Source: an uncultured Polyangiaceae bacterium
GTDB taxonomy: Bacteria > Pseudomonadota > Alphaproteobacteria > Rhizobiales > Afifellaceae
Reading direction: 5' to 3'
NCBI GenBank assembly: GCA_964196155.1
Contig: CAXMRP010000045.1
Coordinates: forward strand, 3,373 to 67,372
Length of the DNA stretch: 64,000 nucleotides
The notes under the pieces were generated by a model. It was not told the origin of the DNA and did not search any database. It saw only the letters and a list, made by a program, of their open reading frames with translations. Shown here in pieces: positions 48,980 through 59,183 of this stretch. The translations under genes and the position numbers were made by a program. Position 1 is the first letter of the stretch, and every line of letters starts with the position of its first letter.

Positions 48980-51900
48980 TGCATATTCTGACCGGCCGAC
49001 AGATCGGGCTGGAAACCGACGGCGAGGCGGTCGATCTCGGCCAGTCGCCCGGCGATATCGTCGTCCTCAGCGCCGCCGACACTGAGATCGCCGGACTCGC
49101 GGCGGCGCGGGCCACAATTGGCGATGCCTTTCCGACCACTCGACTGGCCAACTGGATGGCCCTGGCTCATCCTTATTCCATTGATCTATATAGCGAAAAC
49201 ATCCTTGCCCAGGCGCGGCTGATTGTCATTAGGCTGCTTGGCGGCCCCGCCTATTGGCAATATGGCGTCGATGAAGCCCGCCGCATCGCCCGAGCCAATG
49301 GTATCGCGCTCGCCATCCTGCCCGGCGATGGCAAATGGGACGACAGCTATTTCGGGCTCGGTACGGTTCCCGGCGACACGGCGCGACGGCTTTGGTCCTA
49401 TCTGGCCGAAGGCGGCGCTGCGAACTACCGGAATTTTCTGGCGTGCGCTGCCTCGATCATCGGTGCGGGTGATGAACCGCCGCCGGCAATCGCCGTGCCG
49501 ACCTGCGGTCAATACGACCATCCCGAGGGCGGCGGAAAAACCAACCCGCCATCCGGGCAACCGGTTGTGGCGATTTCCTTTTATCGCGCGTTGTTTCAAT
49601 CCGGCCAGACCGCCGCGATCGATGCCCTGTGCGTTGCATTGGCTGCTCGTGGCTTGACACCGTTGCCGATTTTTGTGTCGAGCCTGAAATCAGCAAATGA
49701 TGCCGTCCATGTCCGCGACCTGTTCGCCAAACACCAACCGGCACTGGTTCTCAATGCCACGGCCTTTGCCATCGGCAGTGCAAATAACCCCGGTGGTTCT
49801 ACGCCGCTGGACGAGGGCCGTCGGCCGGTCCTGCAAATCACATTTTCCGGCACATCGCGCGACGCATGGCTGGAGTCCACCAGAGGCCTGTCGGCTCGCG
49901 ATCTGACCATGAACGTGGTCATGCCCGAACTCGACGGCCGCCTGATCACCCGCGCGGTATCGTTCAAGGAGCCGGGTGCCCTTGATCCCCTGACCGAATG
50001 CCAGCCGGTGCGTCAGGTGCCTGATGAAAATCGCATCGCCTTTGTCGCCGATCTCGCCCGGCGCTGGGTGACGCTCGGCACAACGTCGGCGACCGACAAG
50101 CGTGTGGCGATATTGTTGTCCAACTATCCCAACAAGAACGGCCGTATCGGCAACGGTGTTGGTCTGGATGCGCCGGTATCGACAATCAATGTGCTTTCGT
50201 CAATGAGATCAGCTGGATACCGGATCACGGGCGCGCCGCAGACCAGCGGCGATCTGATGGCGCTGCTTCTGGCCGGTCCGACCAATGCGGTTGACTCCAG
50301 ACGAATTTCATCCTGCCAATTGTCGCTGGATGCCTACCGCACACAGTTTGCTAACTTGCCCGAAACTGTACGTAAACTTGTGAGCGGGCGCTGGGGCGAA
50401 CCCGCCGGCGATCCCTTTGTCGCCAATGACACCTTCCATCTCCCGGCCCACCGGTTCGGCAATGTGGTGATCGCGATCCAGCCGGCGCGCGGCTATAACA
50501 TCGACCCCAAGACCAGCTATCACGATCCCGATCTGCCGCCGCCCCACGGTTATCTGGCTTTCTATATGTGGCTGCGGGAGCAGTTCGCCACTGACGCCCT
50601 CATCCACATGGGCAAGCACGGTAATCTGGAGTGGCTGCCCGGCAAGGCGCTGGCCCTGTCGCAAGATTGTTTCCCCGATGCCGTGCTCGGGCCGATGCCG
50701 GTGATCTATCCGTTTATCGTCAATGATCCGGGCGAGGGGGCGCAGGCCAAGCGCCGCATCGCCGCGACGATTGTTGACCATCTGATGCCGCCACTCGCCC
50801 GGGCCGAAAGCTATGGCCCCGCTGCCGCGTTGGAAACACTGATCGACGAATATGCCGCCGCCCGCGCTGGCGATCCGCGCCGCGCCGAACCGATTGCCGC
50901 GCGGATACTGGATCTGTCACGGGCCCACGGCTTTGACGCTGATATCGGCATTCAGCCCGGCATCGCTATCGACGATGCACTGGCCCGGCTCGATGAACAT
51001 ATCTGCGATCTGAAAGAGCTGCAGATCCGCGACGGGTTGCACATTCTGGGCAGCGGCCCGCAAGGCGACCAGCGCGCCGAAACCCTTGTTGCGCTCACCC
51101 GCATCCCGCGTGGCAGCGGGTCGGCGGATGCCTCGTTGCTGCGCGCATTGGCCAACGATCTTGGCTTGGGCGATTTCGATCCGCTGGATTGCCGGTTTTC
51201 AAAAGAATGGACCGGTCCGCGCCCGCAGGTGATGGCCGATCTATCCGAAGATCCCTGGCGGACATGTGGCGATACCGTCGAACGCCTTGAATTTTTTGCG
51301 TTTGATCTGACTGCCAGTGGAACATGTCCGCCATCGATGCCCGCCACCGAAGCTGTTTTGCAGGTAATCCGAAATGAAATCGCGCCGGCGCTCGATGGCT
51401 CCGGCGAACGCGAGATTGACGCCGTGTTGAGCGCGCTGGCAGGCGGTTTCGTCAAGCCCGGTCCCTCCGGTGCGCCAAGCAGGGGCCGGCCCGACTGCCT
51501 GCCGACCGGGCGTAATTTTTTTTCCGTCGATGTGCGTTCGGTGCCCACCCAGGCCGCCTGGGATCTGGGCTGGCGATCCGCCGCGCAGCTGGTCGAACGC
51601 TACACGCAGGATGAGGGCGAATGGCCCAAAGCCATGGCGTTGACCGCCTGGGGCACCTCCAACATGCGCACCGGCGGCGATGATATCGCGCAGGCGCTGG
51701 CGCTGGTCGGCGCGCGCCCGGTCTGGGAGCCAACGTCCGGCCGGGTGACGGGCATCGAGGTCATCCCCTTGAGCGAACTCGGCCGGCCACGCATCGACAT
51801 CACCTTGCGCATCTCCGGTTTTTTCCGCGATGCATTTCCCGATCAGATCGCGCTGTTTCACACGGCGGTACTGGCGGTCGCCGAGCGTGACGAGCCGGAC

Positions 51901-52767
51901 GATGCCAATCCGATCGCCGCACGCATCCGCACCGAAACATCTGCACTCATTGCATCCGGCCTTACCGAATCAGAAGCTGCCAACGCCGCCGCCTTCCGCA
52001 TATTCGGCGCCCGGCCCGGCGCCTATGGTGCCGGTCTGCAGGCGCTGATCGATGAGGGCATCTGGGCCACCCGTGGCGATCTGGCCGAGGCCTTTCTGGA
52101 ATGGTCGGCCTATGCCTATGGCGGCGGCGCCGAAGGTGTTGGCGCGGCGAGCGAACTGAAATCACGCCTGTCGAATGTCGATGCGGTGGTGCAAAATCAG
52201 GACAATCGCGAGCATGATATTCTGGACTCGGACGATTACTACCAGTTCGAGGGCGGACTGGCCGCCGCCGTTGAAACTGTCAAAGGCTCGGCGCCCCGCA
52301 TCTTCCACAATGATCATTCCCGGCCCGAACGGCCGGTCATTCGCGGACTGGACGAGGAGATCGCGCGGGTCGTGCGCGGCCGCGCCGCCAATCCGAAATG
52401 GATCGCCGGCCAGATGCGCCACGGCTACAAGGGTGCATTCGAAATGGCGGCGACGGTCGATTATCTGTTCGCCTTTGCCGCTACGACTAATTGCGTGCGC
52501 CATCATCATTTCGATCAACTCTATGACGCCTATTACGCCGATGAGGCGGTGCGGGCCTTCATTGCCGAGCACAACCCGCCGGCGTTGCGCGAAATTGCCG
52601 CCCGCTTTTGCGAGGCTGTCGATCGCGGCCTGTGGGCGCCCCGGCAAAACAGCGCTTATGACCGGTTGCGGCAATCGGCCAATATCGAGCCCTTGGAAGC
52701 AGCGCCGGCCCGTGACAAAACCGGGCAACCCGCGCCAAGGCAATCAACAGGTGGAGAACTGGCATGA
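48979..52767 (+). CDS. cobN: aerobic cobaltochelatase large subunit CobN
   Basis: 1262 aa, CobN/Mg-chelatase H family along its full length. The start overlaps the cobW stop (TAATG). Confidence 0.93.
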   Translation: MHILTGRQIGLETDGEAVDLGQSPGDIVVLSAADTEIAGLAAARATIGDAFPTTRLANWMALAHPYSIDLYSENILAQARLIVIRLLGGPAYWQYGVDEARRIARANGIALAILPGDGKWDDSYFGLGTVPGDTARRLWSYLAEGGAANYRNFLACAASIIGAGDEPPPAIAVPTCGQYDHPEGGGKTNPPSGQPVVAISFYRALFQSGQTAAIDALCVALAARGLTPLPIFVSSLKSANDAVHVRDLFAKHQPALVLNATAFAIGSANNPGGSTPLDEGRRPVLQITFSGTSRDAWLESTRGLSARDLTMNVVMPELDGRLITRAVSFKEPGALDPLTECQPVRQVPDENRIAFVADLARRWVTLGTTSATDKRVAILLSNYPNKNGRIGNGVGLDAPVSTINVLSSMRSAGYRITGAPQTSGDLMALLLAGPTNAVDSRRISSCQLSLDAYRTQFANLPETVRKLVSGRWGEPAGDPFVANDTFHLPAHRFGNVVIAIQPARGYNIDPKTSYHDPDLPPPHGYLAFYMWLREQFATDALIHMGKHGNLEWLPGKALALSQDCFPDAVLGPMPVIYPFIVNDPGEGAQAKRRIAATIVDHLMPPLARAESYGPAAALETLIDEYAAARAGDPRRAEPIAARILDLSRAHGFDADIGIQPGIAIDDALARLDEHICDLKELQIRDGLHILGSGPQGDQRAETLVALTRIPRGSGSADASLLRALANDLGLGDFDPLDCRFSKEWTGPRPQVMADLSEDPWRTCGDTVERLEFFAFDLTASGTCPPSMPATEAVLQVIRNEIAPALDGSGEREIDAVLSALAGGFVKPGPSGAPSRGRPDCLPTGRNFFSVDVRSVPTQAAWDLGWRSAAQLVERYTQDEGEWPKAMALTAWGTSNMRTGGDDIAQALALVGARPVWEPTSGRVTGIEVIPLSELGRPRIDITLRISGFFRDAFPDQIALFHTAVLAVAERDEPDDANPIAARIRTETSALIASGLTESEAANAAAFRIFGARPGAYGAGLQALIDEGIWATRGDLAEAFLEWSAYAYGGGAEGVGAASELKSRLSNVDAVVQNQDNREHDILDSDDYYQFEGGLAAAVETVKGSAPRIFHNDHSRPERPVIRGLDEEIARVVRGRAANPKWIAGQMRHGYKGAFEMAATVDYLFAFAATTNCVRHHHFDQLYDAYYADEAVRAFIAEHNPPALREIAARFCEAVDRGLWAPRQNSAYDRLRQSANIEPLEAAPARDKTGQPAPRQSTGGELA

Positions 52768-53387
52768 CCAAAGCCGAAATGACCGAAGCCGAACGCGACG
52801 CCCGTCACGCCGAAAAAATGAAACGGAAGAAGGCGGCGCGCGACAAGATTATCGCCACCAAAACTGTCGAAAAGGGTCTGCTGATCGTCCACACCGGCAA
52901 GGGCAAGGGCAAATCGACCGCCGCCTTCGGCATGGTTTTCCGGGCGCTCGGCAATGGCATGAATGTCGGCATTATCCAGTTCGTGAAGGGCAAGTGGCAG
53001 ACCGGCGAGCGGGTTGCGCTGGAAAAATTCGGTGATCAGGTCACCATGAACACCATGGGCGAGGGCTTCACCTGGGAAACCCAGGACCGCCAACGCGATA
53101 TCACCGCGGCGGAGGCGGCCTGGGAAAAGGCTGTTGGGCTGATCAACGATGACCGCCACCAGCTTGTCTTGCTCGATGAACTGAACATCGTTCTGCGCTA
53201 CGGGTATCTGGACCAGGCTACGGTGCTGGGTGTGCTCAAATCCCGGCCGGCGATGAAGCATGTCATTGTCACCGGCCGCAACGCCGGCGACGAACTGATC
53301 GAGGCCGCCGATCTGGTCACCGACATGACCCAGATCAAGCATCCGTTCCGCTCCGGCGTGAAGGCACAGGTCGGGATCGAATTCTGA
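52764..53387 (+). CDS. cobO: cob(I)yrinic acid a,c-diamide adenosyltransferase
   Basis: [15 protein letters not shown]-loop and DELN...VTGR motifs. ATGA overlap with cobN. Confidence 0.92.
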   Translation: MTKAEMTEAERDARHAEKMKRKKAARDKIIATKTVEKGLLIVHTGKGKGKSTAAFGMVFRALGNGMNVGIIQFVKGKWQTGERVALEKFGDQVTMNTMGEGFTWETQDRQRDITAAEAAWEKAVGLINDDRHQLVLLDELNIVLRYGYLDQATVLGVLKSRPAMKHVIVTGRNAGDELIEAADLVTDMTQIKHPFRSGVKAQVGIEF

Positions 53388-53419
53388 GGTCCGGCGGCGG
53401 CGAACACAGCAGCGCGGTC

Positions 53420-54895
53420 ATGCGCAAACCCGCCCTGATGATCCAGGGTACCGGCTCCAATGTCGGCAAGAGCCTGATCGTCGCCGGTCTGGCGCGGGCC
53501 CTGACCCGGCGCGGCATGGCGGTACGCCCGTTCAAACCGCAAAACATGTCCAACAATGCCGGCGCCACCGATGATGGCGGCGAGATCGGCCGGGCGCAAA
53601 TATTGCAGGCCCAGGCCGCTGGTGTTGCGCCATCGGTCCATATGAACCCGGTACTGTTGAAGCCGGAGGCGGAAACCGGGGCGCAGATCATCGTTCAGGG
53701 CAAACGCCTCGCCACCATGTCGGCCCGCGACTACACCGCGCAAAAAGCTCGATTTCTGGCGCCGGTCCTCGACAGCTTTGCCCGGCTTGAGGTGGACGCC
53801 GATATCATGCTGGTCGAAGGGGCGGGCTCGCCGGCCGAAATCAATCTGCGGGCCGGCGACATTGCCAATATGGGCTTTGCACAAGCGGCGGACGTGCCGG
53901 TGATCCTTGTCGGCGACATCAACCGGGGCGGCGTCATCGCCAGCCTTGTCGGCACGCACGCCGTGCTGGAGCCGGCCGAGCGCGACCGCATCAGCGGCTT
54001 CATTGTCAACCGCTTTCGCGGCGATCCGACACTATTTGCCGGTGGCGCAACTGAAATAGCCCGCCGCACTGGCTGGGCGGATCTGGGTATCGTGCCGCAT
54101 TTTTCCGATGCGGCGCTTTTACCGGCTGAGGATTCTCTGGCGCTGGACGAGGCGAGCGATCATGCGCTGCCCAAAAACACCAGGACCACAATTATCGTCC
54201 CGCGCCTGAAACGCATCGCCAACTTTGACGATCTCGATCCGCTGCAACTCGAACCCAACGTCATCGTCGATATTGTCGAGCCAGGCAGGGCGCTGCCGGG
54301 CGATGCTGATCTGATTTTATTGCCGGGATCCAAATCGACGATTGCCGATCTGGCGGATTTGCGCCGCCAGGGATGGGATATCGATATTACCGCCCACTAT
54401 CGGCGCGGCGGCCACGTGCTGGGCATCTGCGGCGGCTACCAGATGCTGGGAACGGTTATCCGCGATACATCAGGCATTGAGGGGCAGGTGGCCGAAGCAC
54501 CGGGGCTTGGACTGCTTGATGTGGAAACGACCCTGAGCGCGGACAAGGCAACGCGCAAGGTGCAGGCCCACCATCTGGCGACCGGCGGGACCGTCACTGG
54601 CTATGAAATTCATATCGGCACGACGACTGGCGGCGATTGCAATACGCCCTTCGCAACGATCGACGGGCAACCGGAGGGCGCGATCTCCGCCAGCGGGCGG
54701 GTTGCCGGCACCTATATCCACGGTCTGTTTGCCGATGACCAATTCCGCGCCGCATTTCTGGCCGGGTTCGGTGCCGCCTCCGATCTCGCCTATGACGCCA
54801 GTATTGAATCAACCCTCAATAAGCTGGCCGACCATCTGGAGCGCCATCTTGATCTGTCCGGGCTCCTTGACCTGGCCAAAAGCCGGGCGGGTTAG
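53420..54895 (+). CDS. cobQ: cobyric acid synthase
   Basis: The N-terminal [12 protein letters not shown] dethiobiotin-synthetase-like domain and the C-terminal GATase domain ([11 protein letters not shown]) are present. The last ~55 codons lie beyond the 37-bp duplication core (see findings). Confidence 0.92.
   Translation: MRKPALMIQGTGSNVGKSLIVAGLARALTRRGMAVRPFKPQNMSNNAGATDDGGEIGRAQILQAQAAGVAPSVHMNPVLLKPEAETGAQIIVQGKRLATMSARDYTAQKARFLAPVLDSFARLEVDADIMLVEGAGSPAEINLRAGDIANMGFAQAADVPVILVGDINRGGVIASLVGTHAVLEPAERDRISGFIVNRFRGDPTLFAGGATEIARRTGWADLGIVPHFSDAALLPAEDSLALDEASDHALPKNTRTTIIVPRLKRIANFDDLDPLQLEPNVIVDIVEPGRALPGDADLILLPGSKSTIADLADLRRQGWDIDITAHYRRGGHVLGICGGYQMLGTVIRDTSGIEGQVAEAPGLGLLDVETTLSADKATRKVQAHHLATGGTVTGYEIHIGTTTGGDCNTPFATIDGQPEGAISASGRVAGTYIHGLFADDQFRAAFLAGFGAASDLAYDASIESTLNKLADHLERHLDLSGLLDLAKSRAG
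54729..54765. repeat. 37-bp direct repeat, copy 1 (inside intact cobQ)
   Basis: TTGCCGATGACCAATTCCGCGCCGCATTTCTGGCCGG is identical to 56951-56987. Confidence 0.9.
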
Positions 54896-54934
54896 GGAGA
54901 ATCTGGCGCAAACTACTCGGTGGGACACCCGAAT

Positions 54935-55537
54935 TCAGGCCGTAAAGGCCTTCCCGGTGGTTCTGCGTCTGTTTCGCCAACCGAGCGAACCCAGCAAACC
55001 CAGGGCTGATCCAAACAGTGGCAGAGCCGCGGGAATGGGAACCTGACTGACGGGGGATGCCACATCGACGGTGAAATTAACGCCCCATCGGCCTTGTTGA
55101 GCGAAATTTTGGAACGTGAAGTCGTACATGCCGGCAACTAACAAAATGGCAAGGTTCAAGACACCGTCTTGATCTATCAATGGCAAGCCGCCACTTGTCA
55201 GGCTGATGATCATGTGGCCGCCGTCAGGAGTATTGCTCGTCCCCAGGACATTCGTCACTTCAAGCCCGACGGGGACGATAAATTGAAATGAATCTGCCAC
55301 ATCGGGAGTTCCACCTGCGCCGCAACAAAAACTGCCGGCGATATGATTGACGCCGACGTCGAATAAAAACGGAGAACCGACGAATATACCCGGCAAGACA
55401 CCGGGCGCGGTCGGAAAATCACTGCTTTGCTGGCTAAATGTTTCGGTAAAATTGACAGGCGCAGCGAATGCCTTGGAAGGCAACACCGCCGGTCCAAGCA
55501 ACAATGCACAGATCGAACTGCGGGCTAGTAGTCTCAT
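54935..55537 (-). CDS. VPLPA/PEP-CTERM-type sorting-signal protein (secreted, function unknown)
   Basis: Signal peptide MRLLARSSICALLLGPAVLPSKAFA. The C-terminus VPIPAALPLFGSALGLLGSLGWRNRRR fits the pattern motif, TM helix, Arg cluster. GGGAG SD upstream. Confidence 0.7.
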   Translation of the reverse strand: MRLLARSSICALLLGPAVLPSKAFAAPVNFTETFSQQSSDFPTAPGVLPGIFVGSPFLFDVGVNHIAGSFCCGAGGTPDVADSFQFIVPVGLEVTNVLGTSNTPDGGHMIISLTSGGLPLIDQDGVLNLAILLVAGMYDFTFQNFAQQGRWGVNFTVDVASPVSQVPIPAALPLFGSALGLLGSLGWRNRRRTTGKAFTA

Positions 55538-55665
55538 ATCCCAACTCCCTGGTTCAACCGAAAACCCGGTAACGCCGCAAGCCGGAAACAGTGTATCCGT
55601 GGATTTGACCATCCGCATCGTTCATCTGAATGATGAAAACGCGATTGCCGCGCACTGCATCCGGT

Positions 55666-56787
55666 TCACAGGCGGAAGGGCGCCGACAGTCGCGTGACCA
55701 GGCTGACAATATCCGCTTGCCGCCGGACCTGCATTTTTCGGAAAATCGCGCTGAGCTGGCTGCGCACGGTTGGCATTTTGATGCGTGCACGCCGGGCATA
55801 GGCTGCCGGTGTATCGCCCGCCGCCAAAGCAAGCGCCAGCGAGGCTTCCGCGTCAGTAAGCCCGAACGCCTGTCGAAGAGTTTCTCGTTTGGGCGGTGGA
55901 AAGCCTATTGGATCGCGGATTACCAGCACTGAACAGGCGCCGCGCAAGGATTTTTCATCTGTTTCAACGGGCCTGATGGGCATCGCGCTAACAAAATAGG
56001 CTGGCAGACCCGATGGCCTGGTGATTGCCAATTCGACAGGATATCCGTCTGCCAGCGGTTCAATGTCGATCACCGCCGTCATCTGCGATAGCACGGCGTC
56101 CTGTTCCGGCACTGCGGCGCGCAGGGTCCGGGATGCGACATACAGACCGTCACTCTCCTTGAGCATCGCCGCTGCCGACCGGTTCAGGTGAACGATCTGG
56201 CCTTGATCGTTCAAAAACACAATTCCGTCGGACAGCCGGTCGAAGCCGGCAGCATAGTCTGATGCCTCCATACTGACACTGTGCAGCTGTTCGGACATTT
56301 GCGTCGCTCTGCGAAGGTGCGGCACAAGAACTTCAAGATGCCGAAACGCGTCATTTTGCAGGTGGCCCTGGCGGATCGTGCGCTGCACGGAAAATGCTAC
56401 GATATCGTCCATTGTATTTCGCAGAAAAGCGCCGCCGAAGTAGCGCAAATTGTAGGAACCAAGAAACTCAGCATAAAACGGGTGCCGGTTCATGCCGTCT
56501 TCATCGATAAAATCGTAGTCGGTGAATACCGATCCTACGGGTTTGAATACACCATATCTTGGACATTCCTTGAAGTATTCGTCCAAATAATCGAGATTAA
56601 TCTCAGGTGCGGCATTGGAATTGAAACTTCGCATCTGCCCGGTCGATTTGTCGACGAACTCGAGCGCACAGAACTGGCCACTCAGTAGAGACGCCATCTG
56701 TTCCAGTGGCGTATTCCATGGCACATTCCCGGCGGCGGCATCGTATATTGAGTCAATGGCACCGAGCAGTTGATCGCGATTATCCAA
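55666..56787 (-). CDS. LuxR-family transcriptional regulator (N-terminal sensor-like region, C-terminal HTH)
   Basis: C-terminal GerE/LuxR HTH: LTDAEASLALALAAGDTPAAYARRARIKMPTVRSQLSAIFRKMQV. The start codon is TTG at 56787; the first in-frame ATG is 30 codons downstream. Confidence 0.8.
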   Translation of the reverse strand: MDNRDQLLGAIDSIYDAAAGNVPWNTPLEQMASLLSGQFCALEFVDKSTGQMRSFNSNAAPEINLDYLDEYFKECPRYGVFKPVGSVFTDYDFIDEDGMNRHPFYAEFLGSYNLRYFGGAFLRNTMDDIVAFSVQRTIRQGHLQNDAFRHLEVLVPHLRRATQMSEQLHSVSMEASDYAAGFDRLSDGIVFLNDQGQIVHLNRSAAAMLKESDGLYVASRTLRAAVPEQDAVLSQMTAVIDIEPLADGYPVELAITRPSGLPAYFVSAMPIRPVETDEKSLRGACSVLVIRDPIGFPPPKRETLRQAFGLTDAEASLALALAAGDTPAAYARRARIKMPTVRSQLSAIFRKMQVRRQADIVSLVTRLSAPFRL

Positions 56788-56950
56788 TGGTCAGCTCTTT
56801 TTGCAGAACAGTGCTATGTGAATACTTAACCTTCGATCCGGCATCAGGCAATGTCGAGAACCCGTAACTTCGAGGGCATAATTCCGCTCGTGGTGAAATC
56901 GCGACCAAAGCGTTTTGGTGGAAATGTTCGGAGGCCAGGCAACGTTGGAC

Positions 56951-57117
56951 TTGCCGATGACCAATTCCGCGCCGCATTTCTGGCCGGTCTCGGCGCGCAA
57001 TCAGACCTTGGCTATGACCGGAAGATCGAGGTGGCGCTCGACGGTCTGGCCCACCATCCGGAGACCCATCTCGATATCGCGGCAATCCTTGAAATCGCTA
57101 ACTTACGAGTGCCATAG
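56951..57117 (+). pseudogene. displaced 3' remnant of cobQ (about 55 codons)
   Basis: Translates to [54 protein letters not shown], compared with the intact tail [54 protein letters not shown]. The first 37 nt are identical to 54729-54765. It overlaps the cobD 3' end. Confidence 0.8.
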
Positions 57118-58063
57118 CGCCGGCAAACAACACGGCCAGCACGAGCAGCAGTAACCAGGCTGTGTTGGTCAAGGAGATCGCGGCATCAATCGTATTTACA
57201 TCCGGTCCCCGGTCACCACGATCGTTTAGCCACGCGCCGTCAATGTCCCCGCCCTCATAGGTGCGCGGGCCACCCAGCGCGATGCCCAACCCATACGCCA
57301 TCGCCGCCTCTGGCCATCCCGCGTTCGGAGAGGCATGCTGGCGGGCGTCCGCCGCCACTTGTCCATGGGCGACCCGCGCGCCGCGGGTCAGGCGGGCGGC
57401 GATGCGCAATAAATTTGCGGCAAGCCGGCCCGGAAGATAATTCACCAGATCATCGACCCGCGCCGCGCCATATCCGAAGGCCCGGTGGCGCTCCGTCCGG
57501 TAGCCGATCATTGAATCGGCGGTGTTGATCGCCTTGTAGGCGAGGATCCCCGGCAGGCCGAACAGCGCGTACCAGAAGGCAGGCGCGACAACGCCGTCAG
57601 CGAAATTTTCCGCCAGCGATTCAATTGCCGCCCGGACAATTTTCGGTTCGTCAAAACCGGTGACGTCCCGGCCGACGATGCGCGCCAGTGCGGTTCGGGC
57701 TGCCTCCAGATCGCTGCTGTTGCTCTGCCGCAACGCCGTAGCAACCGCGCCGACATGGTCGATCAGGCTGCGGTGGGCGAGCAGAATGGCGACCAGCACA
57801 ATATTGCCGATGAACCCGAGCGCCAGGCTGTCCAGCACCCCGTCAATCAGGCGGCCAAGACCGAGCGCACCTAATGTCAGCCCACCAATCAGGATCAGGC
57901 CCCGCTGCTTGCGGGCAGTCTCACTTGTCGCCGCTTCATTGAACCGCCGGTCGGCCCAACCAATCACCTGACCAACAAGTGCCGCCGGGTGCGGAATGCG
58001 GGACCATAGTTGCGGTGGATCGCCAAGGATGCGGTCCAGTATCAGCGCCAGAAAAAGGGCCAT
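57098..58063 (-). CDS. cobD: adenosylcobinamide-phosphate synthase (CobD/CbiB)
   Basis: Membrane protein MALFLALILDRILGDPP...HPAALVG with the conserved CbiB N-terminus. Confidence 0.9.
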   Translation of the reverse strand: MALFLALILDRILGDPPQLWSRIPHPAALVGQVIGWADRRFNEAATSETARKQRGLILIGGLTLGALGLGRLIDGVLDSLALGFIGNIVLVAILLAHRSLIDHVGAVATALRQSNSSDLEAARTALARIVGRDVTGFDEPKIVRAAIESLAENFADGVVAPAFWYALFGLPGILAYKAINTADSMIGYRTERHRAFGYGAARVDDLVNYLPGRLAANLLRIAARLTRGARVAHGQVAADARQHASPNAGWPEAAMAYGLGIALGGPRTYEGGDIDGAWLNDRGDRGPDVNTIDAAISLTNTAWLLLLVLAVLFAGAMALVS

Positions 58064-58237
58064 GCGTGTCGACAGTTCCGGTTCGTTTTTCCAGGGCAGG
58101 AGAATTCAAGGTGCGCGCCACCGTACCAGCGCAACCCTATCACTGGCGCAACGTATCCGGCACAGTGTTAACCAAATTACCCGGCCATGCTGTCGCCGCT
58201 TGTCGGTCCGAAGTCTCTCTGGTAACGAACCGCGACG

Positions 58238-58311
58238 GGCCTCGTGGCGGAGTGGTGACGCAGCGGATTGCAAATCCGCGCACCCCGGTTCGATTCCGGG
58301 CGAGGCCTCCA
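58238..58311 (+). tRNA. tRNA-Cys (anticodon GCA), CCA encoded
   Basis: GGCCTCGTGGCGGAGTGGTGACGCAGCGGATTGCAAATCCGCGCACCCCGGTTCGATTCCGGGCGAGGCCTCCA, with acceptor GGCCTCG/CGAGGCC and anticodon loop TTGCAAA. Confidence 0.92.
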
Positions 58312-58354
58312 ATGTACCGGTTGAAAAACCCGGTGGACAATCGCGAGACCCGAC

Positions 58355-59047
58355 ATGATTGATTTTCAGGACCTGCGCCGCAAAATGGTCGATAACCAGA
58401 TTCGCCCTGGCGATGTCACCGACCACTCTTTGATCAAGGCGTTCGGCAAGGTGCCGCGCGAAATGTTTGTGCCGGCAGAAAATCAGCCCTTTGCCTATGC
58501 GGATCGCACGATTGCAATTCGTGGTGCCGGCACCGATAGTGACAGCACCGAGATTGACCCGAATATGCGCTACATGCCGGTTCCGGTTCTGCTTGCCCGT
58601 CTCATTCAGGCGCTCGAGATTTCGGACAGCGATGTCATTCTCGACGTGGCCTGCGGCACCGGATACGCGGCGGCTATCCTGTCCGAGCTTGCCGGTTCGG
58701 TACTTGCCATCGAGCAAACCGAGGAAATGGCGGCGCTCGCCGAGGCCAATCTGGCCGAATTTGGCGCCGATAGCGTCGCTGTCACAACCGCACCGCTGAT
58801 CGAGGGCTTGGAATCAGAGGGGCCTTTCGACGCCATTCTGGTCGCAGCCGGCGCCGAGATCGTTCCCGAGGCCCTCAAGGATCAGCTCAATGAGGGCGGC
58901 CGGCTGGTCATTGTCGAGTGCGATGGTCCAACTGGCCGGGCGCATCTTTATCGCCGGGCCGGCGCCGATGTCAGCGGCAGACCCCTGTTCGATGCAGTAT
59001 TGCCCGTATTGCCGGAACTGGCACGCAAACCCGAGTTCGCTTTTTAG
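58355..59047 (+). CDS. pcm: protein-L-isoaspartate O-methyltransferase
   Basis: SAM-binding VLDVACGTGYAAAIL and overall PCMT layout. Confidence 0.85.
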   Translation: MIDFQDLRRKMVDNQIRPGDVTDHSLIKAFGKVPREMFVPAENQPFAYADRTIAIRGAGTDSDSTEIDPNMRYMPVPVLLARLIQALEISDSDVILDVACGTGYAAAILSELAGSVLAIEQTEEMAALAEANLAEFGADSVAVTTAPLIEGLESEGPFDAILVAAGAEIVPEALKDQLNEGGRLVIVECDGPTGRAHLYRRAGADVSGRPLFDAVLPVLPELARKPEFAF

Positions 59048-59183
59048 GCGCCGATCCGGCTCTTTATTGCACGCGTTGCAGGCGATCCCGTCTGCTGGCA
59101 CCCGCCCGGACATTCAGGAATCATGCTGTTGCATTTGTGCCGCGTCGGCCGTTCAAAGGTACAGGTTCCCGGAAATAATATGG

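Noticed and set aside
58064-58237. Possible second cobalamin riboswitch in the cobD leader (minus strand)
   Set aside because: The minus-strand sequence contains ACTGT and a GCCAGTG near-match to the GCCACTG box. It lacks the GGGAA, GGTG..AA.TCC and GC.GCCCCCGC core elements present in the bona fide riboswitch at 46185-46395. A covariance-model scan could still be run to be certain.
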